A stretch of 64,000 bases of DNA from Candidatus Saccharibacteria bacterium CPR2 (GTDB lineage Bacteria > Patescibacteriota > Saccharimonadia > Saccharimonadales > QWHN01): assembly GCA_021404905.1 (NCBI GenBank), contig QWHN01000005.1, positions 16,102 to 80,101 on the forward strand. Direction: 5' to 3'. Both the position numbers and the translations under genes were made by a program. The notes beneath the pieces are model-generated. The model saw only the letters and a list, made by a program, of their open reading frames with translations. It was not told where the DNA came from and ran no database searches. The number at the start of each line of letters is the position of its first letter. The first letter of the stretch is position 1. This document shows, piece by piece, positions 36,868-45,019 of this stretch.

Positions 36868-39342
36868 TTAACGTAATTTTATTTCTGTTTCTTGGATTAT
36901 TGTGCCACTTTTCTTTATTTGAGTTGTATTCTCGCGTATTTTATTATTTTTGTGAGGGTTTCTGTGTTGGTCCGCTTTTCTTTTAGGTATTGACGAAGAA
37001 TCCCCTACTTTATTGTGTGTACTGAGTGTTGTGCGCTTAATGTGTTCTTCCACCTCGCTGCGAGATCTTGCAAACTTTTTTCTGGAATGCTCAATAATAT
37101 TCTGGCTATGGTCTATTTGGGGGGACGGTATGTCTAAAGTAGTAGCTGAGAAGGCAGGAGTTTTTTCCCCGCTAATAGATAGCGCTGCTACAAGATGTCG
37201 ATTGTGAAGCTGGATCAAGTCTTGAGCGTCAAATTGAGGCTCAAAGTATTTTTGCAGTATTGTCGCATCATCTGCTCCGACCCTAAAGGACACCAGGGAA
37301 CCGACATTGCCAAATACGGCATCTCTAACAATTGGGGTCATCTGAGCAACGTATTGATTAGCTATGGTTAGGTTTAGCCCATACTTCCTAGCTTCAGAAA
37401 GGATCACCGCAAATGAATCAGTCGCAAAATTTTGGAACTCATCGACATATAAATAAAAAGGTCTTCTTTCTTCTAGTCTTGCTATGTTTGCCCGGCTCAT
37501 TGCGGCGAGTTGGATCTTTGTTACCATGAGTGCACCTAAAATAGCTGCGTTATCCTCGCCTACAAGTCCTCTTGAGAGGTTTACAATTAAAATTTTACCC
37601 TCATCCATAATTTTTCTAATATTGAAGCTGGATTTTGATTGACCAACAATATTTCTAATCATGGGGTTGGCTGTAAATGCTCCAACTTTATTTAATACCG
37701 GAGCTACAGCTTCAGCGGCAAATTTATCGTTCCAACTAGCAAATTCTGTAACCCAGAAATTGCGTACAACGGGATCATCTATAGTTCTAATAACCTTTGC
37801 GCGGAAATCTTTTTCCGTAAGCATTCTGGTTATGTCAAGCATTGTGGTGTTAGGATGATCCAGCAGGGCTAAAATAGTGTATCGCAAAATGTATTCCAAT
37901 CTTGGCCCCCAAGATTCGAACATTCGTTTTAAAACACCAACTAACTCTGAAGAAATGTGGTTCTTGAGTGATTCATCAGTTATTTCAAGCGGATTAAATC
38001 CTATAGGATAAGCCGTATCTGCCGGGTTGAAATATAAAACGTCGTTAATTCTATGTGCCGGGATATATTTGAGAATATCGGTCGCGTAATCTCCATGAGG
38101 ATCAATGACGGCAAACCCCTGATTATGAAATACGTCAGATAGTGTTAGGAGTTCGAGCAACCCGGACTTACCTACTCCAGTTTGCCCAATAATGTACAAA
38201 TGCCTGCCTCTGTCGTTCCTCCTTAGACCAAATTGCGCATTTGACCCCCTAAAATTGGTAACTCCAAACGGAGATATCTCCTCATCAGATGCACCACTTA
38301 AAATCGGAAGGGTTGCCGGCGGTTCCGCAGTCTTGCTTGTTGCCCATATAATATTCGGTGTTTCAACTGATGTGTGCGGTAAGTGATAAAGACTGGCTAG
38401 CTCTTCAATATTTAGTATCCTGCCGTCGTTTAAGAAAAATCTTGCCTGATATTCACTAAGTTTGTTCGGAGAAAATGATCTGGATTTCTCAACAATACGA
38501 TTTAAGTTGGTTGAGTTAAACTGCTTAAAACTTCCAATCATGGCCTGCATACGAAGTTTAGCGGTACGTTCGTCATTACCCAAGTAAACAATCCGTATTT
38601 TAACTTGGTAACCTAATTTTGTAGTTTTTTCTTGAACTGCTTGGATTCTACTCCTGTCTCTTTCTGAAAGTTCAGGCGCAGCGGATTTTGCCGAAGCTTC
38701 AGTGGGTGCTCGCCAAAGAGCCAGCAGCCCGTGTGTTAGGGCTCCAACAAAATTGCTGGAACCGTTACCCAAAAATCCCCCGCCATTTTTAATTAAGTTT
38801 ATAAATCTTTGTCCCTTTTTATGCCAACTATCATCAACTGGTCGGGCTAGTATTTGTATCCATAGTTCTTCGTCCTCTTGTTCTAATTTTGCCAGGGTGG
38901 CGGTAATTCCCGCCAACGGGTCCACTTCAAAGTTTGGGAAAGTTTTTATAGGCAAAACCTCATTATCTCCTAGAGTGAGTTCTGTGGTATAAGCTACTGA
39001 TTGGTTGATGTTTCTTGCCGCGTAGTCATCTTTTATTTCATATATTTGTACAGTCGGGTATTGAGCGTATATTTGGCCTTCAACAAAGTTTTGTAAATGT
39101 TGAGGCGTCCAGACATAAAAGTGGATTCTGTGTCCAATTGAAACTATCTCGAAAGAAATATGCTCCTGCAAGGTCCCTTCTTGGATTAATTCTCGCTTTG
39201 GCCTTAAAATTCCATGCAGCGCTGCAAACATTTGTTCCGCAGCTAACTCTTTTTTATCATTGGTACGGGGTACCTCAAGCATGAGTAAGGTGTAATCCGT
39301 TTCTTTTATATGCCGGCTGCGCCGACTGTTTTGCCAGGTCAT
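36868..39342 (-). CDS. Soluble TraD/VirD4/TraG-like (type IV coupling protein-like) P-loop ATPase with a large N-terminal domain of unknown function
   Basis: 824 aa. Walker A IIGQTGVGKSG and Walker B FYLYVDEFQNF, with C-terminal region similarity to FtsK/HerA-clade T4CP ATPases. No N-terminal hydrophobic helices. Confidence 0.65.
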   Translation of the reverse strand: MTWQNSRRSRHIKETDYTLLMLEVPRTNDKKELAAEQMFAALHGILRPKRELIQEGTLQEHISFEIVSIGHRIHFYVWTPQHLQNFVEGQIYAQYPTVQIYEIKDDYAARNINQSVAYTTELTLGDNEVLPIKTFPNFEVDPLAGITATLAKLEQEDEELWIQILARPVDDSWHKKGQRFINLIKNGGGFLGNGSSNFVGALTHGLLALWRAPTEASAKSAAPELSERDRSRIQAVQEKTTKLGYQVKIRIVYLGNDERTAKLRMQAMIGSFKQFNSTNLNRIVEKSRSFSPNKLSEYQARFFLNDGRILNIEELASLYHLPHTSVETPNIIWATSKTAEPPATLPILSGASDEEISPFGVTNFRGSNAQFGLRRNDRGRHLYIIGQTGVGKSGLLELLTLSDVFHNQGFAVIDPHGDYATDILKYIPAHRINDVLYFNPADTAYPIGFNPLEITDESLKNHISSELVGVLKRMFESWGPRLEYILRYTILALLDHPNTTMLDITRMLTEKDFRAKVIRTIDDPVVRNFWVTEFASWNDKFAAEAVAPVLNKVGAFTANPMIRNIVGQSKSSFNIRKIMDEGKILIVNLSRGLVGEDNAAILGALMVTKIQLAAMSRANIARLEERRPFYLYVDEFQNFATDSFAVILSEARKYGLNLTIANQYVAQMTPIVRDAVFGNVGSLVSFRVGADDATILQKYFEPQFDAQDLIQLHNRHLVAALSISGEKTPAFSATTLDIPSPQIDHSQNIIEHSRKKFARSRSEVEEHIKRTTLSTHNKVGDSSSIPKRKADQHRNPHKNNKIRENTTQIKKSGTIIQETEIKLR

Positions 39343-39393
39343 GTAAATTCGCTTATGCGTCAGGAATTTTGAAATAAGTTCCGAAGGCTTAAT

Positions 39394-40440
39394 TTAAGAT
39401 TGATTAGCCAAATCGTAAGTCGCTTTAGCTGTACGTTTAAACTGAGGTTTACCTTGAAGATTTAATAAAATAGTAGTTTCTTTAACCTGGCGATGTTTTA
39501 ACACTCTTTTAACAATTTCGTCTCTGTGTAAGGGCCCTTTTTCTTTGCGCAGTACATCAGAAATAATATCGGCCACTGTGCCTCTTTTATAACCCCATTC
39601 ATCAAGAGCATATATGCCTCTTCCAATCAGCACGAAACGCTTGTCTTTTATCAATTCGTTATGAATGGCTTGAGTTGTCACATCCTTTCGTCTGAAATTT
39701 GATTCCTGGATTTTCTTTGATATCTCGCTAAAGTGTAGTGGTTTGCCGGCTTGCTGTAAGACTACGTAAATTTTATCCCTTATATTTTTAGGGTTTACAG
39801 TTGGCCATTTGACAAGACCCCATTGTCCTTGCAGGCTTGCAAGCTTTTTTGACAACGATGCAAGAGCTTGTATGTGACTGGGATGTTCATATGAAAGTTG
39901 TTGATATAACTCCTCAACCGTACAGGGCTTACCGTTTTTTGAAACTGCTTCAACGATCTCTTCAACCTTCTTTTTAAGTTCTTCCTCTTCAAAATATTCG
40001 GTTATTGCTACACCCTGATAATAATTATCATTTTCCTCAAGTAGCGTAAGATGAGGCGCTAAAGTCGCAAGTAAAGTTACGTGTGCCTGTTCTCTGCCGG
40101 TATTTTCGCTGCTGACTCGCGCAGTTAGATCTTCGATGCGCGCAACGCGTCCAAGTTCGTGTAAGTGCATAATAAACTGTTTTTCAACTTTACTAATGTG
40201 TGGAAGCTTATCTTCATCGGCAAATGCTTTGAGTCGTGCCAAAATTGCTTTCTCAAGCTGTCTTACTCTTTCTCGGGTAATTCCCAGCAATTCGCCAATT
40301 TGTTCTAGGGTTTCTCGTCTATCATATAAACCAAAGCGGCGCGCAATAATCTCACGCTCACGCTCACGATCAATGGTATCTAGAATGTCTTTAACTGCGC
40401 TTTTAATATCCATATTACTTTGGTTTTCTGTCTTATTCAT
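39394..40440 (-). CDS. Sigma-70 region-4-like HTH protein with C-terminal winged-helix (HARE-HTH-like) repeats
   Basis: The ATG at 40440 is preceded by GAAGGAAGG (the track's upstream start is less likely). RRFGLYDRRETLEQIGELLGITRERVRQLEKAILARLK is a sigma70_r4-type HTH. C-terminal segments (LHFSEISKKI...RFVLIGRGIYALDEWGY) resemble HARE-HTH. Confidence 0.6.
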   Translation of the reverse strand: MNKTENQSNMDIKSAVKDILDTIDREREREIIARRFGLYDRRETLEQIGELLGITRERVRQLEKAILARLKAFADEDKLPHISKVEKQFIMHLHELGRVARIEDLTARVSSENTGREQAHVTLLATLAPHLTLLEENDNYYQGVAITEYFEEEELKKKVEEIVEAVSKNGKPCTVEELYQQLSYEHPSHIQALASLSKKLASLQGQWGLVKWPTVNPKNIRDKIYVVLQQAGKPLHFSEISKKIQESNFRRKDVTTQAIHNELIKDKRFVLIGRGIYALDEWGYKRGTVADIISDVLRKEKGPLHRDEIVKRVLKHRQVKETTILLNLQGKPQFKRTAKATYDLANQS

Positions 40441-40569
40441 ACAACCTTCCTTCGAAGTTCTAGGCCCTAAGAAATTATATGATAACACAATATAAGAATA
40501 GAGTCAAACTTCTTGTATTGATGTAGCAATTATAGCATTTAATGGACGCAGAATGAAATAGGTTGTGGA

Positions 40570-42882
40570 TTATTTTCCGACTGTTTTTTGGTTTTTTAGA
40601 GCTCTTTTTTCTGTTTTTAATTGCGCTTTAGTTAATAAATTTTTTGCCTGTTCTAAATTAATATCTCTTGGGGTGATTTCTTTAGGGATACGCGCGTTAG
40701 TTGTCCCATCTGTAACATATGGTCCATAACGCCCATGTTTTACTTGTATAGAGTCTTCCTTAAACTCCTTAATGACACCGCTTTTAGTAGAACTCGCTCC
40801 ATGTTTTATTTTGTCAATGGCTTGTTCTCGCGTGATTTTAAATAATTCATCCGAGCCTATTGATACATAAGAAGCGCCATGTTTTATGTATGGCCCGTAT
40901 GGCCCAACATCTACTAGTACTTGCTCCCCTGAGTCGGTTTTGCCTAACTTTCTTGGTAAGGTAAACATTTTTAGCGCTTCTTCCAACTCGACCTCTTCGA
41001 GTGAACTTCCTGGCGGCATAGGTGCAAATTCTGGCTTTGAATCGTCATCACCTCCATTACCTCTTTGCAGTACTGGCCCAAAACGTCCAAATTTGGCAAA
41101 TACCGGCAGTTTACTTTTGGGGTCTACTCCCAATTCCCTTGCTCCAGACACTTCTGCTCGAGGCACTTTCTCTGATTTAACTACAGTGCTATGGAACGGT
41201 TTATAAAATAACTTGATAGTGTTTTGCCATTCCTTTTTCCCCATGGCTATATCGTCAAATTCTTCCTCTATTTGAGCTGTGAAATCATAATCTACTATGT
41301 CGGAGAAATGTTTTGACAGAAAGTCATTTACAATTTTTCCAATATCTGTCGGAATGATTTTACCTCTGTTACTGCCTGTATTAATTTCTTCTATTTTTTC
41401 TGATATTTTATTGCCCTTTAAGGTTATAACTGATATCTCAGTTGACTTGCCTTCAAATTCTCCTTTTTGTACGTAACCACGCGTGTGAATCGTAGATATT
41501 GTTGGCGCATAAGTACTTGGACGGCCGATTCCAAGCTCTTCAAGTTTTTTAACTAGAGACGCTTCTGTGTATCTTGCTGGAGGCTTGGTTTGAGTTTCTG
41601 TAGCGACCGATTCATGCAGTTTTAAATTGTCCCCTATGCTCACGCTTGGCAATAGAAATTCTTTCAGAGTACTTTTATCGTAGATTCTCAGAAAACCGTC
41701 AAATATAATTACTTCGCCTTTAGCGATGAACATATATTCCTTGCTACCGCAGTCTATATCTATTTGAGTTTTTTGAACCTTTGCTGGAGCCATTTGAGAA
41801 GCTACTGTGCGTTGATAAATCAACCGGTAAAGTTTCTTTTGTTTTTCATCTGTTCCCGCATCTGTAACATTAAATCTGGTCGGCCTAATTGCTTCGTGTG
41901 CTTCCTGGGCAAGTTGATTCTTGGTCTTAAAAGTTCTTACTTGAACATAATTACTGCCAAACTCCGATTCTATGTGTTTCTTTATGGCTGCAAGGGCGCT
42001 TTTTGCAAGATTAAGCGAATCTGTTCGCATATAAGTTATATGACCATTTTCGTATAACTTTTGTGCCAAGGTCATGGTTTGTTTTACGGAATAACCGAGC
42101 TTTCGACTGGCTTCCTGCTGCAGAGTTGAGGTTATAAATGGAGGCGACGGATTTCTGACCCCTGGTTTTTGCTCGATGTTTTTTATGGTGACATGCGCTC
42201 TCTTAATGTCATTGAATAGATCTTTAACTGATTTGAGGCTGTCGATTTTCTTGTTAAGTTCTGAGGGTATAGCTTGGTTACTATTTGTTTTAAACTCAGC
42301 CGTTACCTTGTAAGCAGTTTCGGGTTTAAAATTTTCGATTTCCCTTTCCCGCTCAACAATTAACCTAACTGCTACAGATTGGACTCTGCCCGCGGAGAGC
42401 TTTGGCCTGACCTTTTTCCACAGTAGGGGCGACAATTCGTACCCTACCAAACGGTCTAAAACCCTTCGTGCTTGCTGGGCATTTACTAGATTTGAATCAA
42501 GTTTACGAGGCTTTTTTATGGCTTTTAATATTGCGTCTTTCGTAATTTCATGAAATACAATTCTCTTTGCCTCTGAACTTTTAAGACCTAATACTTTCAA
42601 TATGTGCCAGGCAATTGCTTCTCCTTCGCGGTCTTCATCGGTAGCTAGCCATATATTTGGGGATTTTTTTGCTGATTTAACCAGTTTTTCTGCCACTTTA
42701 GCTTTGTCGAGCGGAATGGCGTAATCTGGTTTGAAATCATTTTTTATATCTATGGACATGCCCTTTTTTGGCAAATCACGGATATGCCCATAGCTTGAAA
42801 CAACTTCGTAATCCGGGCCGAGAAATTTGGATATTGTTTTTGCTTTTGCAGGAGACTCTACTATTACTAAATTTTGGCTCAT
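40570..42882 (-). CDS. topA: DNA topoisomerase I
   Basis: The ATG at 42882 gives MSQNLVIVESPAKAKTI (Toprim) and avoids overlap with dprA. ATDEDREGEAI and catalytic Tyr region ITYMRTDS. C-terminal repeats lack Cys4 zinc ribbons. Confidence 0.9.
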   Translation of the reverse strand: MSQNLVIVESPAKAKTISKFLGPDYEVVSSYGHIRDLPKKGMSIDIKNDFKPDYAIPLDKAKVAEKLVKSAKKSPNIWLATDEDREGEAIAWHILKVLGLKSSEAKRIVFHEITKDAILKAIKKPRKLDSNLVNAQQARRVLDRLVGYELSPLLWKKVRPKLSAGRVQSVAVRLIVEREREIENFKPETAYKVTAEFKTNSNQAIPSELNKKIDSLKSVKDLFNDIKRAHVTIKNIEQKPGVRNPSPPFITSTLQQEASRKLGYSVKQTMTLAQKLYENGHITYMRTDSLNLAKSALAAIKKHIESEFGSNYVQVRTFKTKNQLAQEAHEAIRPTRFNVTDAGTDEKQKKLYRLIYQRTVASQMAPAKVQKTQIDIDCGSKEYMFIAKGEVIIFDGFLRIYDKSTLKEFLLPSVSIGDNLKLHESVATETQTKPPARYTEASLVKKLEELGIGRPSTYAPTISTIHTRGYVQKGEFEGKSTEISVITLKGNKISEKIEEINTGSNRGKIIPTDIGKIVNDFLSKHFSDIVDYDFTAQIEEEFDDIAMGKKEWQNTIKLFYKPFHSTVVKSEKVPRAEVSGARELGVDPKSKLPVFAKFGRFGPVLQRGNGGDDDSKPEFAPMPPGSSLEEVELEEALKMFTLPRKLGKTDSGEQVLVDVGPYGPYIKHGASYVSIGSDELFKITREQAIDKIKHGASSTKSGVIKEFKEDSIQVKHGRYGPYVTDGTTNARIPKEITPRDINLEQAKNLLTKAQLKTEKRALKNQKTVGK

Positions 42883-42925
42883 GGCAAAAAGCTTACTGGT
42901 ATGAACAAAATATAGCAAGTGGTTG

Positions 42926-43783
42926 TTATCGTAATGCCCATTTTCCTCCACCTATGCACGACACTACACCCTTAATTTCAAGCATTGTCAAAATATTGTT
43001 CACTAAAGTTATATCAGATTCTAACAATTGGGATAGTTCGTCTACATCTCTTGCTTGGTCAATAAGCAATTTTATTACCATTGCTTCTTCCGGGTTGTCT
43101 GCCATGGCTCTTTCTTTTGATATGTTTGCAACAGAAAACCCAAGTGTCTGAGTGACATCTTCCGAGTTACTAACTAGTGTTGCGCCGATTCTGATTAAAT
43201 TATTTGTACCGGCACTTAGCGGACTTGTAATATTCCCCGGGACTGACATAACGGCGCGGTTTTGCTCTAAAGCAAACCTGGCTGTCGTAAGCGAACCACT
43301 TTTTTGAGCAGCTTCAGTCACTATTATTCCAACTGCCAAGCCAGAGATTATTCGATTACGCGCGAGAAAATGATGCTTTAGTGTTTGAGTGCCTTTAGGA
43401 TTTTCGCTAACAATAGCTCCACCTTGATTAATGATTTCTTTCGCGAGCTGCGTATGGCATGCGGGATAAATTCTATCAAGTCCATTTGCTAGTACGGCAA
43501 TAGTCTTTCCTCCTGCATCGATAGCTCCTTTGTGAGCCATACTGTCTATTCCAAGAGCAAGACCGCTAATTATGGTACATCCCGCTTTAGCTAAATCATA
43601 AGCCAATTGATATGTAATATCCCTGCCGTATTTGGTAGCTTTGCGCGCGCCTACTATAGCGACAGGATTGGTAACATCAGTCAAGCCACGGCCTACACCG
43701 TACAGAATTTTGGGAGGATCAGGAATCTCTGTTAATAATTTTGAATAATCTGGATATTTATATTCGAGGATATTGTAATTCAT
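42926..43783 (-). CDS. dprA: DNA processing protein DprA (Smf)
   Basis: 285 aa. Rossmann-like DprA core (VAIVGARKAT.YG, SGLALGIDSMAHKGA) and a C-terminal winged-helix-like tail. Confidence 0.9.
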   Translation of the reverse strand: MNYNILEYKYPDYSKLLTEIPDPPKILYGVGRGLTDVTNPVAIVGARKATKYGRDITYQLAYDLAKAGCTIISGLALGIDSMAHKGAIDAGGKTIAVLANGLDRIYPACHTQLAKEIINQGGAIVSENPKGTQTLKHHFLARNRIISGLAVGIIVTEAAQKSGSLTTARFALEQNRAVMSVPGNITSPLSAGTNNLIRIGATLVSNSEDVTQTLGFSVANISKERAMADNPEEAMVIKLLIDQARDVDELSQLLESDITLVNNILTMLEIKGVVSCIGGGKWALR

Positions 43784-43804
43784 TAAAAAAGATTATAAAA
43801 AGTA

Positions 43805-43833
43805 TTGACACTAAACATATTTCGTGTTAGATT
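43805..43833 (+). promoter_or_regulatory. Sigma-70-type promoter candidate (TTGACA-17 nt-TAGATT)
   Basis: Consensus -35 TTGACA at 43805-43810, a 17-nt spacer, and -10-like TAGATT at 43828-43833. Points into an ORF-poor structured region. Confidence 0.45.
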
Positions 43834-43839
43834 ACTTGA

Positions 43840-44205
43840 CTGGTAAGCATTATCATTGCTTACGCACATTTTACACCAATACCCCCATTTTAACAGATTT
43901 CTCTTTCTCTGAAAGAGGAACTGTTAGGTTGCTTGCAACGTGCGTCATCGTGAAGTATCTACCCTCCACTTTACAATCAACGCGTATTTGTTCTTTAAAG
44001 AGTAAATAAAGTTGTTGCAAGTAAACTAACCCCTTTAATCTCCCCCGACGGGGATTATCCCTTGTTATCAAGAGTAAGTCCTTTATTGGATGGCCTTTGG
44101 CCGGCTCCACACACACCTAGAGTGGTCGCTTTACTCTCGGGTGGGTGATTAAAGGGTTTTATCAAGGCTCAGTGGTGCCCACCCCCGCTGAGCCTTGATT
44201 TTTTT
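43840..44205 (+). ncRNA. Candidate structured ncRNA of unknown class (about 365 nt)
   Basis: Bounded by the promoter candidate and a strong intrinsic terminator. Local hairpins at 43843-43863 and 43901-43917. Nested long-range helices 44031-44040:44147-44156 (10 bp) and 44071-44077:44131-44137 (7 bp). No convincing ORF. Confidence 0.45.
44161..44205 (+). terminator. Rho-independent terminator
   Basis: 12-bp stem atcaaggctcag / ctgagccttgat (44161-44172 : 44188-44199) followed by a T7 run. Confidence 0.8.
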
Positions 44206-44211
44206 GAATAA

Positions 44212-44361
44212 TTTTCAGCGCTATATAACGTCGCCCTGTCTACTGGCAAAAGCCAGCAGCTCTGGCGACTCTTCGTCAGGAGCTGCGTTACTCTTTCGCA
44301 GTACTTCTGTGTACAGCTTCAGTCCGTTACTCGCTCCTTCCTTGTATATAGCTGCTGAAAA
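44212..44361. ncRNA. Candidate structured RNA element closed by a 16-bp helix (strand undetermined)
   Basis: ttttcagcgctatata (44212-44227) pairs with tatatagctgctgaaaa (44345-44361) with one bulge. Internal hairpins include ctggc-aaaa-gccag, ctgcg-ttactcttt-cgcag and gtac-ttctgt-gtac. Confidence 0.3.
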
Positions 44362-44455
44362 TCACCCAAAAACGATTAAAAAGCTAAATTACCCCCTTCT
44401 CTTATACAACACCTACATCTATCACAAAACACAAAGTATTCAAGATAAATTTTTC

Positions 44456-45019
44456 TTAGACTGTAATTTTTGCTTCTAAAGGAAAATCGTTGTTGATAAA
44501 ATTCCCTATAAGTTTATAGCTTGCCGAAATGACTTTGTGTAAATTTTCTTCCTCGGCTTTCGTAAATCGGGAGAGCACGAAATCACTGCTCTCGCGTTTT
44601 TCTGTCTCGGCATTTCGGATGCCAACTCTGATTCTGTAAAAATCATCTCCTATCGTACTGATTATAGACTCAATACCATTATGGCCTGCGCTTCCTCCCG
44701 AAAATTTGGTCTTAACAATACCAAATGGAATATCCAATTCATCATGTATCACTAGGACATTTTTATTTTCTATTTTGAAAAATTGTTTCACGGCAAGCAC
44801 CGATTCCCCGCTGAGATTCATAAAAGTCATTGGTTTTATGAAAATTATTTTCTCGTTATTTACATTTTGCTCAGTGTAAGCGGCCTTTAGTTTTGGTTTC
44901 TCCTTGAATTCATCCAGAGAATTTTGCTTGGCAAAATAATCGATAGCCATAAACCCGGTGTTGTGGCGAGTATGTTCGTATTCTTTGCCAGGATTTCCGA
45001 GACCGACAATAAGCTTCAC
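44456..45019 (-). CDS. pth: Peptidyl-tRNA hydrolase
   Basis: 187 aa. MKLIVGLGNPGKEYEHTRHNTGF and GHNG motifs. Confidence 0.9.
   Translation of the reverse strand: MKLIVGLGNPGKEYEHTRHNTGFMAIDYFAKQNSLDEFKEKPKLKAAYTEQNVNNEKIIFIKPMTFMNLSGESVLAVKQFFKIENKNVLVIHDELDIPFGIVKTKFSGGSAGHNGIESIISTIGDDFYRIRVGIRNAETEKRESSDFVLSRFTKAEEENLHKVISASYKLIGNFINNDFPLEAKITV

Noticed and set aside
40479-40507. Promoter candidate TTGACT-17-TATCAT (minus strand) upstream of the sigma-r4 HTH gene
   Set aside because: It is plausible but rests on hexamer resemblance only, in AT-rich DNA where such matches are frequent. It is not listed as a feature.
43840-44205. Identity of the candidate ncRNA as tmRNA, RNase P RNA, SRP RNA, 6S RNA or a T-box leader
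   Set aside because: There is no tRNA-like acceptor/T-arm end or tag reading frame, which rules out tmRNA. Only a partial AAGUCC match occurs, in the wrong position, and there is no ACAGAA..GGCUUA element, which rules out RNase P. There is no GGAA-tetraloop helix-8 motif, which rules out SRP. It is too long and branched for a 6S rod. The GGGTGG near the terminator resembles a T-box fragment, but there is no downstream gene on that strand. A covariance-model search is still needed.
43824-44479. ORFs 43824-44009 (+), 43871-44116 (-) and 44195-44479 (+) in the dprA-pth gap
   Set aside because: They have no SD sequences, low-complexity or odd composition, and they overlap strongly base-paired segments, the promoter and the terminator. 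The region is better explained as structured RNA.
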